In this document: positions 27,652 to 36,080 of the stretch, piece by piece | Layout of the letters: each line of letters starts with the position of its first letter | Numbering within the stretch: position 1 is the first letter of the stretch | DNA from: Candidatus Limnocylindria bacterium | Lineage (GTDB): Bacteria > Chloroflexota > Limnocylindria > P2-11E | Reading direction: 5' to 3' | Assembly: GCA_036002305.1 (NCBI GenBank) | Contig: DASYTL010000035.1 | Coordinates: 149,444 to 213,443, forward strand | DNA: 64,000 bases | Position numbers and translations under genes: made by a program | The notes under the pieces: model-generated | What the model was told of the DNA's origin: nothing | The model's database searches: none | What the model saw: the letters and a program-made list of their open reading frames with translations, nothing else

Positions 27652-27884
27652 CGCCGTGCCCTCCTCTTCGATGGGATCGAAAAGGCCTCCCTTTCGGGAG
27701 GCCCTCTGCTCGCCTGGATCTGGGTCGTTGGTGCGGTCAGCCTCCCGAACGCGAGGAGAGCCCCGGCTCCGGGGCGATCGACGGCGACGGGACGATGGCG
27801 AGCCGCATGTGAGGAGGGACCGTAGCGGAGCGCCGCTCGCGCGGTCAACATGGGTCGCGCGGGCGGTGCAGCCCGCACAGTGTG
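27652..27884 (-). promoter_or_regulatory. attenuator-like 5' leader A (upstream of aminotransferase-ilvA)
   Basis: Contains a 23-codon uORF (27737-27808) whose UGA lies in the UCGCGUUCGGGAGGCUGAC box, an alternative pairing partner GGCCUCCC, a terminator-like hairpin, and then GAGGAGG-N7-AUG. Homologous to leader B. Confidence 0.6.
27678..27703 (-). terminator. leader A terminator/sequestor hairpin
   Basis: RNA GGCCUCCC-GAAA-GGGAGGCC followed by UUUUCG. Confidence 0.6.
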
Positions 27885-28154
27885 TCAGCCGCCGCTCATC
27901 GCCGGCAGGATCTCGACGACCCGCTTGCCGCGGAGATCGCCGTCCCCTTCGAGGAATCGCACGTCCTCACCGTCGACGAAGACGTTCACGAACCGGCCGA
28001 ACTCCCCGTCTCGGAGCACCCGTGTCGCGAGCTCCGGGTAGCGGTCGGCGATCTGGCGCACCAGAGCCGAGACGTCCGGGGCGTCGAACGACAGCGTCGC
28101 GCTGCCCCCGGCCGCGGCGCGCAGCGGCGTGGCGAGGCGAACGGTGATGCTCAT
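27885..28154 (-). CDS. ThiS/MoaD-family sulfur-carrier protein (C-terminal Gly-Gly)
   Basis: 89 aa beta-grasp-like protein ending ...EILPAMSGG-stop. ATG overlaps the ThrC-like stop (ATGA). Confidence 0.8.
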   Translation of the reverse strand: MSITVRLATPLRAAAGGSATLSFDAPDVSALVRQIADRYPELATRVLRDGEFGRFVNVFVDGEDVRFLEGDGDLRGKRVVEILPAMSGG

Positions 28155-29395
28155 CGCAGCTCGTCCACGTAGGCGCCGCGGAACTCGTCCGCGTCGGCGC
28201 CGATGACCGGGCCGAGCGGTCCCGACACGGGCTGACCCTTGTACGCGTTGCCGGTGATGTAGAGGACGACGCTCTCGCCACCCTGGAACGCGTTCCGCTT
28301 CGCGAGGGCGCGAGCAGCCGCGACCACGACGCCCCCGGCGGGCTCGGCGAGCACGCCTTCGGTCCGCGCGAGGAGGGCGCAGGAGTCGAGGACGTCCTCG
28401 TCGGTGACAGCGGCGGCGGACCCGCCGCTGGCGCGGATCGCGGCGACCGAGCCGTCGCCGTCGGCGGGCGTGCCGATCGCGAGGGAGCGTGCCACCGTCG
28501 TGGGCGCGCGCACCGGCCGGACCTCGCGGAACCCCTCGAGCACCGCGTCCGAGACCGGCGCGCATCCGACCGGCTGCGCCGCGTGGATGCGGCAGGGTGT
28601 GTCGTCGACGAGCCGTGCCGAGCGGAGCTGCGTGACGGCCGTCGCGGTGCGGGTGAGCAGCGCGCCGGATCCGACCGGCACGACGACGTGGTCCGGGAGC
28701 GTCCAGTCGAGCTGCTCGGCGGTCTCGAAGAGAAGGGTCTTCGAGCCCTCGGCGTAGTAGGGCCGCAGCGTGAAGTTGACGAATCCCCAATGCTCCTCGT
28801 CGGCGAGGCGGGCGCAGAGCCGGTTGACCTGGTCGTACGTGCCGCGGACGCGGACGACGGTCGCGCCGTACGCGGCGGCGCCGGCGACCTTACTTTCGTC
28901 GGTCGCCTCGGGCACGAAGACGAACGCCCGGAGCCCGTTGCGCGCCGCTGCCGCCGCGACGGCGCCCGCGAGATTCCCGGTCGACGCGCAAGCCAGCGTG
29001 TCGAGTCCGACCGCGAGCGCGCGCGCCAACGCGAGCGCGACCGGCCGGTCCTTGAACGAGAGCGACGGATTGCGCGAGTCGTCCTTCAGGTAGAGACGCT
29101 CCACGCCGATCGCCGCCCCGAGACGCGGCGCGAGATGAAGCGGGGTCCAACCGACGGTGTAGTGCGACGCCGGCTCGGCGACCGGGAGCAGCGGCGCATA
29201 CCGCCAGAGCGAACGCGGACCGCGCGTGATCTCCTCGCGCAGGAGGTCGGGATCGAGCGCCGCGAGGTCGTATTCGGGCTCGATCGGGCCGTAGCAGTCC
29301 GAACACACGTACCGCTCGTCGGCGGGCTGGAGCAGCTGGCACGCGCGACAGCGAAATCCCCGCAGAGCCGTGGTTCTTTCGAGCGTCGTCGCCAT
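28151..29395 (-). CDS. threonine synthase family PLP enzyme with N-terminal zinc ribbon (ThrC or MetM-like)
   Basis: CRAC...CSDC ribbon, NPSLSFKDRP (PLP Lys), ASTGNLAG. Translationally coupled to the sulfur-carrier gene. Confidence 0.88.
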   Translation of the reverse strand: MATTLERTTALRGFRCRACQLLQPADERYVCSDCYGPIEPEYDLAALDPDLLREEITRGPRSLWRYAPLLPVAEPASHYTVGWTPLHLAPRLGAAIGVERLYLKDDSRNPSLSFKDRPVALALARALAVGLDTLACASTGNLAGAVAAAAARNGLRAFVFVPEATDESKVAGAAAYGATVVRVRGTYDQVNRLCARLADEEHWGFVNFTLRPYYAEGSKTLLFETAEQLDWTLPDHVVVPVGSGALLTRTATAVTQLRSARLVDDTPCRIHAAQPVGCAPVSDAVLEGFREVRPVRAPTTVARSLAIGTPADGDGSVAAIRASGGSAAAVTDEDVLDSCALLARTEGVLAEPAGGVVVAAARALAKRNAFQGGESVVLYITGNAYKGQPVSGPLGPVIGADADEFRGAYVDELR

Positions 29396-29649
29396 CGTGA
29401 GACCTCCACATAAAAGGAGAGGCCTCCCGTTCGGGAGGCCTCCTATCTGCCTGGATGCGCCGAAGTCTCTGAGTCAGCCTCCCAAACGCGAAGCGGGCCC
29501 CGCAATCGAGGCCATCGCCATGGACATAGGCATCGTCTGGGCGCGACTCACCACGACGAGCCTACGAAGCGGTCCCACCCGCAGTCAAACGAGAGGTGCA
29601 CTCTGCACGAACGGCCGAGGTCAAAACGGCCCATCCCTAGACTCGCGCG
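29396..29649 (-). promoter_or_regulatory. attenuator-like 5' leader B (upstream of ThrC-like/ThiS-like pair); also the divergent hisZ promoter region
   Basis: 19-codon uORF MPMSMAMASIAGPASRLGG (29474-29533) with its UGA inside the UCGCGUUUGGGAGGCUGAC box, a terminator-like hairpin, and then GGAGG-N8-AUG. Confidence 0.6.
29411..29442 (-). terminator. leader B terminator/sequestor hairpin
   Basis: RNA GAGGCCUCCC-GAAC-GGGAGGCCUC followed by UCCUUUUAU. Confidence 0.6.
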
Positions 29650-30831
29650 ATGGAGGACCAGGCTCGTCCGCTCGGCCCGCCGCGAGGATTTCGCGATGTC
29701 CTGCCGACTGAAGCTCGCGAGCTCGGGTCGATCGAGCGGTCGCTAACGGACACGTTCCGCTCGTACGGCTACATGCCGCTCGAGCCGCCGATGGTCGAGT
29801 TCAGCTCCGGCCAGTCTCAAGAGCGGCTCATCCAGTTCCTCGACAGCGACGGCAGCCTCGTGACCCTCCGCCCGGATCTCACGACGGCCGTAGCGCGGCT
29901 CGTCGCCCAGCGCTATCGGGAGACTCGGGGCGCGCTGCGGCTCTCGTACGTCGCGCCGATCTTCCGCGAGGAGCCGGCCATGACCGCGAGCGATCGCCAG
30001 CTCCTCCAAGCGGGAGTCGAGCTCATCGGCGCTTCCGGTCCGCTGGCCGACGCCGACGTCCTCGCGCTCCTCGCCGAGGCGCTCGAGTGCTGCGGGTTGC
30101 GATCGGAGCGGACGACGATCCACGTTGGTCACCTCGGCGTGGTGCGCCGGCTCTTCGCCGAGCTCGACCCGTCCTCGCGCGACCTGGTTCTCGACGACCT
30201 GCGCCGGGGCGATCTCGTCGGGGCCCTCTCGCGGGCGCGCGACGCGGGAATGTCCGGCGAAGGCCTCGGCCGCGCGCAAGAGGCGCTGGGCGTGATCGGC
30301 AGGGGCATCGAAGAGCTGGCCGGCGATGACGTCAGCGAGATCCGCCACGTGATCCACCTCGCGCGCGAGCGCCATCACGGCGCGAACGACCTCTGGGGCG
30401 TCCCGAACATCGGTCTCATCCCACGGCTTCCCTACTACACGGGGGTCGTCTTCGAGGCGCTCCATCCGGACGTCGGCGTCATCGCTTCGGGCGGGCGATA
30501 CGACCTGCTGATCGGCGCTTTCGGCGCGCCGCGGCCCGCGACGGGGTTCGCGATCGACGTGCTTCGCCTGCACCGCGCGCTTTTCGCCGACGGCTGGCGG
30601 CCCGCGGTCGCGCAGCCGCTGTTCACGATCCGTCCGGGGGCCGACGAGCGGCTCGTGATGCGCTGCGCGGGCGCTCTGCGATCCGCCGGATTGTCGGTCG
30701 TGCTCGGCGATGTCGCCGAGAGCGCGGGTGTCCCGGTCGTCGCGGTGGACGTCGTCGACGAGGCGCGCGTGAAGCTCGTCGATGGCCGCGTCGTCGACAT
30801 CGAGACGCTCGCGCGGGAGATCCGTCGGTGA
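29650..30831 (+). CDS. hisZ: ATP phosphoribosyltransferase regulatory subunit (HisRS paralog)
   Basis: PRGFRDVLP, LRPDLTTAVAR, class II aaRS-like core without an anticodon-binding domain; directly precedes short-form hisG. Confidence 0.88.
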   Translation: MEDQARPLGPPRGFRDVLPTEARELGSIERSLTDTFRSYGYMPLEPPMVEFSSGQSQERLIQFLDSDGSLVTLRPDLTTAVARLVAQRYRETRGALRLSYVAPIFREEPAMTASDRQLLQAGVELIGASGPLADADVLALLAEALECCGLRSERTTIHVGHLGVVRRLFAELDPSSRDLVLDDLRRGDLVGALSRARDAGMSGEGLGRAQEALGVIGRGIEELAGDDVSEIRHVIHLARERHHGANDLWGVPNIGLIPRLPYYTGVVFEALHPDVGVIASGGRYDLLIGAFGAPRPATGFAIDVLRLHRALFADGWRPAVAQPLFTIRPGADERLVMRCAGALRSAGLSVVLGDVAESAGVPVVAVDVVDEARVKLVDGRVVDIETLAREIRR

Positions 30832-31472
30832 GGCCGCTGCGTTTCGCGCTCGCGCAGGGACTGCTCCTGAACGATGCGCTCGCGTCCCTTCGCGCCATCG
30901 GGATGGACGTCTCGCGCGTCACGCCGGGCGGCAGGCGGCTCGTCGTCGGCGGTGGCGACATCGAGTTCGTGCTGGCGCGGCCGAGTGACATCGCGACGTA
31001 TGTCGAGCGCGGCGCGGCCGATATCGGGATCGTCGGAAAGGACGTGCTCATGGAGTCGGGGGCGCGGGTGATCGAGCTCGTCGACCTGCGCTTCGGCAGG
31101 TGTCGCTTCGTCGTGGCCGCGCCCCGCGGGGAGATCGAGCGCGCGCTCGACGAGTATCGCCACCTCGGGAGCCTGGTCGTCGCCACGAAGTACACGCGGG
31201 TCACCGAAGCGCACTTCCGGGCGCGAGGGACCGAGGTCGAGATCGTCAAGGTTGCCGGATCCGCCGAGGTGGCCCCGCAGGTCGGCCTGGCCGACTGGAT
31301 CGTCGATCTCGTCGCCACGGGCGCCACCCTTCGCGCCAACGACCTCGGGATCGTCGAGGAGATCGCCTCGTGCAGCGCGCGTCTCGTCGCGAACCCGGCC
31401 TCGTACCACCTGCGCAGGCGGGAGATCGCTCCGATCGTGGAGAAGCTCGTGGCCTGGGCGGAGCGACAATGA
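30828..31472 (+). CDS. hisG: ATP phosphoribosyltransferase, short form
   Basis: ARPSDIATYVERGAADIGIVGKD, LVATGATLRAN; GTGA overlap with hisZ. Confidence 0.92.
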   Translation: MRPLRFALAQGLLLNDALASLRAIGMDVSRVTPGGRRLVVGGGDIEFVLARPSDIATYVERGAADIGIVGKDVLMESGARVIELVDLRFGRCRFVVAAPRGEIERALDEYRHLGSLVVATKYTRVTEAHFRARGTEVEIVKVAGSAEVAPQVGLADWIVDLVATGATLRANDLGIVEEIASCSARLVANPASYHLRRREIAPIVEKLVAWAERQ

Positions 31473-32692
31473 GACCGCTCTCGGCGATGCGGCGCGATCT
31501 CTCGCGGGCGCGGCGCGGCGGTGCGTTCGGCCCGCTCGAGCGCGAGTCGGCGAGGCGGACCGTCACCGCGGTCAGGCGCGGCGGCGACGCGGCGGTCCTG
31601 CGCAGCGTGCGCCGGTTCGACCAGCCGCAGGCGACCGCTCGGGACCTCGTGGTCGACGCGGCCGGTCTGCGGCGCGCCGCGGGCCGCTGCTCGCGAGAGA
31701 TGCGGATCGCGCTCGACCTCGCGTACGCACGGGTCCGAGCCTTTCACGAGCGTCAGCGGCCGCGCGAGATCCGGCGGCGTGACGCGACCAGCGACGTCCG
31801 CCTCGTGCCGCTGCCGCTCGACCGTGTGGGCGCCCTCGTTCCGCGCGGCGGCTCGGCGTATCCATCGACCGCGCTCATGACCGGGGTCCCCGCGCAGGTC
31901 GCGGGCGTCGGCGATCTCGTCGCGGCTTCACCGCCGCCGCGCGACGGAACCGTTGACCCGGCCCTGGCGTACGCCCTTACGCTGGTGGGCGCCACCGCGC
32001 TCTACCGCGCCGGCGGCGCCGCGGCGGTCGCGGCGCTCGCCTACGGGACCGGGAGCCTCGCGCGCGCCGACCGCATCGTGGGTCCCGGCAACGCGTACGT
32101 CGCCGCGGCGAAATGGCTAGTCTCGGCCGACGTCGGCATCGACGCCTTCGCAGGCCCGAGCGAGCTCGTTGCGATCGCCTCCGCGGATGCCGATCCGCGA
32201 CTGCTCGCGCTCGATCTGCTGGCACAGGCCGAGCACGGCGCCGGGGCGTTCGCGGCGCTCATCTCGGACGATCCGCTGCTTCTCCGCGGCGTCGCGGGCG
32301 CGCTCGCGACGGGATCGGCGCGCGTTTTCCTCTACCGCGCGGCCGACTTGGGCGCGGCGGCGCGTGCGGCGGACGACGCGGCGCCCGAGCACGTGCTGCT
32401 CGCCGGCCGGGAAGCCGCCGCGCTGCGCGACGACGTGCCTCACGCCGGCGCGGTGTTCGTGGGCCCGCGGTCGGCCGTCGCGTTCGGCGACTACGTCGCG
32501 GGGGCGAACCACTCGCTGCCGACGGGCGGCACCGCGCGCTGGTCCTCGCCGCTCCGGGTCGAGGATTTCGTGCGCTGGACGAGTCGCGTGGAGCTTCGCG
32601 GCGACGTCCGCCGGCTCGCGCGCGCCGGCGCCGCCGTGGCGCGTCACGAGGGCATGCGCTATCACGCGGAGTCGATGGAGGCACGGATCTAG
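31469..32692 (+). CDS. hisD: histidinol dehydrogenase
   Basis: IVGPGNAYVAAAK, AGPSE, QAEHG, GDYVAGANHSLPT; ATGA overlap with hisG. Confidence 0.92.
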   Translation: MRPLSAMRRDLSRARRGGAFGPLERESARRTVTAVRRGGDAAVLRSVRRFDQPQATARDLVVDAAGLRRAAGRCSREMRIALDLAYARVRAFHERQRPREIRRRDATSDVRLVPLPLDRVGALVPRGGSAYPSTALMTGVPAQVAGVGDLVAASPPPRDGTVDPALAYALTLVGATALYRAGGAAAVAALAYGTGSLARADRIVGPGNAYVAAAKWLVSADVGIDAFAGPSELVAIASADADPRLLALDLLAQAEHGAGAFAALISDDPLLLRGVAGALATGSARVFLYRAADLGAAARAADDAAPEHVLLAGREAAALRDDVPHAGAVFVGPRSAVAFGDYVAGANHSLPTGGTARWSSPLRVEDFVRWTSRVELRGDVRRLARAGAAVARHEGMRYHAESMEARI

Positions 32693-33288
32693 TGCCGCGA
32701 GCACGTCGCGCGCGGGGCACACGGCGCACGAAGGAGACCGACGTGCAGGTCCGCTTCGCGCTCGACGGTGGCGGGAAAGCGGCCGTCAGCACGGGTCTGC
32801 CCTTCCTCGATCACATGCTCGAGCTCGTCGCGGTCCACGGCCTGTTCGACCTCACGGTGAAGGCGAAAGGCGACGTCGAGGTCGACCAGCATCACACCGT
32901 CGAGGACCTCGGTCTCGTGCTCGGGGGCGCGGTCGACAAGGCGCTCGGCGATCGGAAGGCGATCGTGCGCTACGCCTCGATCACGGTGCCGATGGACGAG
33001 TGCCTCGTCTCGGTCGCGGTGGACCTGGGCGGCCGTCCCCATTTCTCGCACGATCTCAGGCCGAAGACGCGCATCGTCGGCTCGTTCGATTCGACGCTCG
33101 TCCCCGACTTCTTCATCGCGTTCACGCAGGGCGCGCGCTGCACGGTCCACGTCTCGCAGCTGCGCGGGGGCAACACGCACCACCTCCTCGAGGCCACGTT
33201 CAAGGCCCTCGGGCGCGCTCTCGACGCCGCCAGCCGCCGCGATCCTCGTCGGGCGGGTGTGCCGAGCTCGAAGGGGCGCATCGGATGA
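32692..33288 (+). CDS. hisB: imidazoleglycerol-phosphate dehydratase
   Basis: RRTKETDV, FLDHML, DQHHTVEDLG, GGNTHHLLEATFKA. Confidence 0.92.
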   Translation: MPRARRARGTRRTKETDVQVRFALDGGGKAAVSTGLPFLDHMLELVAVHGLFDLTVKAKGDVEVDQHHTVEDLGLVLGGAVDKALGDRKAIVRYASITVPMDECLVSVAVDLGGRPHFSHDLRPKTRIVGSFDSTLVPDFFIAFTQGARCTVHVSQLRGGNTHHLLEATFKALGRALDAASRRDPRRAGVPSSKGRIG

Positions 33289-33896
33289 TCGCGATCGTCG
33301 ACTACGGCGTCGGCAATCTGGCGAACGTCGAGCGCGGCCTGCGGCGTGCCGGGGCGGCCGATGTCCGGATCACCCGCAGCGACCGCGAGCTCCTCTCGGC
33401 CCGAGCGCTCGTCCTTCCCGGTGTGGGCAACTTCGGACACTGCGCGCGTGAGCTGCGCCGGTACGGCCTCGATGCCACCGTCTCCGCGGCGCGCTCGCGC
33501 GGCATTCCCCTGCTCGGCCTGTGCGTGGGCATGCAGCTCCTCTTCGAAAGCAGCGACGAGGACCCGGCGGCACCCGGGATCGGGCTCTATCAAGGACGCG
33601 TCCGCCGGTTGCGCGGTCCGGTGCGCGTCCCGCACACCGGATGGAACCGCCTCCACCTGACCCGCGCCCACCCGTGGCTGGGCGAGCTCCCCGATGACGC
33701 GTACTTCTACTTCGTGCATTCATACGCCGCGGAGCCCGCGGATCAGCGCGTCGTTGTCGGTTCGGTCGACCACGGCGGCCCCGTCACCGCGGCGGTCGGG
33801 ACGGAGGGCGTGCTGGGATTGCAGTTCCACCCGGAGAAGAGCGGCGCGATGGGCGTTCGAGCGCTCGCCGGATTTGTTCGCGCGACGGCGGCGTGA
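33285..33896 (+). CDS. hisH: imidazole glycerol phosphate synthase, glutaminase subunit
   Basis: IAIVDYGVGNLANV, LPGVGNFG, GLCVGMQLL, VHSY, QFHPEKS. Confidence 0.92.
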   Translation: MIAIVDYGVGNLANVERGLRRAGAADVRITRSDRELLSARALVLPGVGNFGHCARELRRYGLDATVSAARSRGIPLLGLCVGMQLLFESSDEDPAAPGIGLYQGRVRRLRGPVRVPHTGWNRLHLTRAHPWLGELPDDAYFYFVHSYAAEPADQRVVVGSVDHGGPVTAAVGTEGVLGLQFHPEKSGAMGVRALAGFVRATAA

Positions 33897-34672
33897 GCGT
33901 GCTCGCGAAGCGGGTCATCCCCTGCCTCGACGTGAAGGATGGACGCGTGGTGAAGGGGACGCGGTTCGTCGATCTGCGCGACACCGGCGATCCCGTCGGC
34001 CTGGCGTCGCGGTACGATCGCGAGGGCGCCGACGAGCTGTTCTTTCTGGACATCACGGCATCGGCCGAGCGCCGCGCAACGGCCGCCGACCTCGCGGCGC
34101 GCGTCGCCGAGGTCCTCACCATACCGTTCTGTGTCGGCGGCGGGATCGAGTCGGTGGAGCAAGCCGCCGCCATCCTCCGCGCCGGGGCCGACAAGGTCGC
34201 GGTGAACACGTCCGCGGTCCGCCGCCCCCGGCTGCTCGCTGAGATCGCCGCGCGAGCGGGTGCGCAGGCGGCCGTCCTCGCCATCGATGCGCGGCGCCGC
34301 GACGATGGCTCTTATGAGGTGGTGATCGAGGGTGGACGGACGCCGACCGGGGTGGACGCGGTCGCGTGGGCCCGCCGCGGGGTGGAGCTGGGCGCCGGCG
34401 AGATCCTGCTCACCTCGATGGATCGGGACGGTACGCGCGCGGGCTTCGAGATCGAGCTGACCGCGCTGGTCGCGGACGCCGTGGGCGTCCCGGTGATCGC
34501 CTCGGGCGGCGCGGGCGAGGTCGGCCACTTCCTCGAGCTCTTCACGCGGACCGGCGCGGAGGCCGGGCTCGCCGCGTCGATCCTCCACTCCGGCGAGCTC
34601 GTCATTGGGAGTCTGAAGGACGAGCTGGCCGCGCATGGCGTCGCGGTCAGGCCGACCGCGGAGGCCGCGTGA
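33893..34672 (+). CDS. hisF: imidazole glycerol phosphate synthase, cyclase subunit
   Basis: [43 protein letters not shown]. Confidence 0.92.
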   Translation: MSVLAKRVIPCLDVKDGRVVKGTRFVDLRDTGDPVGLASRYDREGADELFFLDITASAERRATAADLAARVAEVLTIPFCVGGGIESVEQAAAILRAGADKVAVNTSAVRRPRLLAEIAARAGAQAAVLAIDARRRDDGSYEVVIEGGRTPTGVDAVAWARRGVELGAGEILLTSMDRDGTRAGFEIELTALVADAVGVPVIASGGAGEVGHFLELFTRTGAEAGLAASILHSGELVIGSLKDELAAHGVAVRPTAEAA

Positions 34673-35310
34673 GGGAGGTCGGCTTCGACGAGCGCGGCCT
34701 CGTCCCGGCGATCGTGCAGGACGCGGCGACGGGAGCGGTGCTCATGCTCGCCTACATGGACCGCGACGCGCTCGACGCGACGCTGCGTACGCGCGAGGTC
34801 CATTTCCACAGCCGCTCCCGCGGTCGGCTGTGGAAGAAGGGCGAGACCAGCGGAAACGTCATGCACCTGGTGGACATCGCGCCGGACTGCGACGCAGACG
34901 CGCTCCTGGTCAAGGTGCATCCCGCGGGTCCGGCGTGTCACACGGGTGACGCCACCTGCTTCGGGCCGACGAACGACCGCGACCTCGGGCGGTTCCTCTC
35001 GGAGCTCGCCGCGCTCCTGCGCGAGCGGCGCCGCGATCTCCCCGAGGGCTCGTACACCGCCGAGCTCCTCCGGGGCGGCCCCGCGGCGATCGGGGCGAAG
35101 CTCCGCGAGGAGGCGGACGAGACGGCTTCCGCGCTCGTCGGTGAAAGCCGCGAGCGCGCGCTGAGCGAGCTCACCGACCTGCTCTACGCGATGCTCGTCC
35201 TCGCCACGCATCTCGAGCTCACGCCTGACGAGGTGCGCGCGAGCCTCGAGGAGAAGCGCCTCCGGGCGCCGGCGCGTCGAGCCGAGCGAGGAGCGGACGA
35301 ACCTCGCTGA
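34669..35310 (+). CDS. hisI: bifunctional phosphoribosyl-AMP cyclohydrolase / phosphoribosyl-ATP pyrophosphatase
   Basis: [32 protein letters not shown], then a HisE-like helical C-terminus (SYTAELL...EEADE). Confidence 0.9.
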   Translation: MREVGFDERGLVPAIVQDAATGAVLMLAYMDRDALDATLRTREVHFHSRSRGRLWKKGETSGNVMHLVDIAPDCDADALLVKVHPAGPACHTGDATCFGPTNDRDLGRFLSELAALLRERRRDLPEGSYTAELLRGGPAAIGAKLREEADETASALVGESRERALSELTDLLYAMLVLATHLELTPDEVRASLEEKRLRAPARRAERGADEPR

Positions 35311-36064
35311 GCCGCTCGATGCGCGCGTCGGGCTCGGGAAGCGGCCCTCCGCCCTCGTCGCCGAGGTGACGGTCGATCCATACCGCGCGCAGCCCCGCCG
35401 CGCGCGCGCCCGCGATGTCGCGACGGAGGCTGTCCCCGACCATCACGGCCTCGGCCGGCACGACGCCGATCCGCTCGAGCGCGAGCTCGAAGATGCGCGG
35501 GTCCGGTTTGGCCACGCCGACCTCGACGGAGATCGCGACCGCGCGAAAGTGCCGCGCGAGGCTCGTGCCGGCGAGCTTCTCGCGCTGCACGTCGGGCGCG
35601 CCGTTGGTCACGAGCGCGAGGGCGTGGTCACGCGCGAGATCGCCCAATACGACCTCCGCTTCGGGATCCATCGGTTGGCGCGCGCGGCGCCTGCTCCTGA
35701 ACTCGCCGGCGAGCCGGTCCGCCAGGGCGTCATCGACCATGCCGGCGGCGGCCAGGGCGCCGCGCCACACGCCGCGACGGAACCCTGGAAGGAAAGCGCG
35801 CAGCGCGCCAAGCTCGGGGGCCTCGCCGACGAACTCGCCCCAGAGGCCCTCGCCCCACCAGATGCCCATCCGGTCGGCCCACCCGAACAGCGGAGACGCG
35901 GTCCAGAGCCTCTCGGCGATCCTCGGCGCGGCGGTCGCGAGGACGGCCGGGTCGACCCCACGCGCCCGCGCGAGCCCGCTGACCTCACGGATCGCGGACC
36001 GCGTCGCTTCGTCCTCGAGGAGCAGCGTGTTGTCGAGGTCGAAGAGAACGGCTCGGATCGTCAC
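35219..36064 (-). CDS. HAD-superfamily hydrolase (subfamily IA-like)
   Basis: VLFDLDNTL motif I, LVTNG motif [10 protein letters not shown] motif IV. 3' end overlaps hisIE by 92 nt. Confidence 0.8.
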   Translation of the reverse strand: MTIRAVLFDLDNTLLLEDEATRSAIREVSGLARARGVDPAVLATAAPRIAERLWTASPLFGWADRMGIWWGEGLWGEFVGEAPELGALRAFLPGFRRGVWRGALAAAGMVDDALADRLAGEFRSRRRARQPMDPEAEVVLGDLARDHALALVTNGAPDVQREKLAGTSLARHFRAVAISVEVGVAKPDPRIFELALERIGVVPAEAVMVGDSLRRDIAGARAAGLRAVWIDRHLGDEGGGPLPEPDARIERLSEVRPLLARLDAPAPGGASPRGSRAPRQA

Positions 36065-36080
36065 CGGCCGGGCCGGGCGC

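Noticed and set aside
29396-29649. Classifying the two leaders as T-box or SAM riboswitches.
   Set aside because: Leader B contains GGGUGGGACCGC and AGAGU, which resemble T-box elements, but they lie about 150 nt from the terminator. The antiterminator lacks the UGGN-ACC bulge consensus. AUCCAGGCAG is only loosely similar to the SAM-I AAUUCCUGCAG box, and the GCAACC and AUCAAGAG cores are absent. I cannot assign a known class without a covariance-model search.
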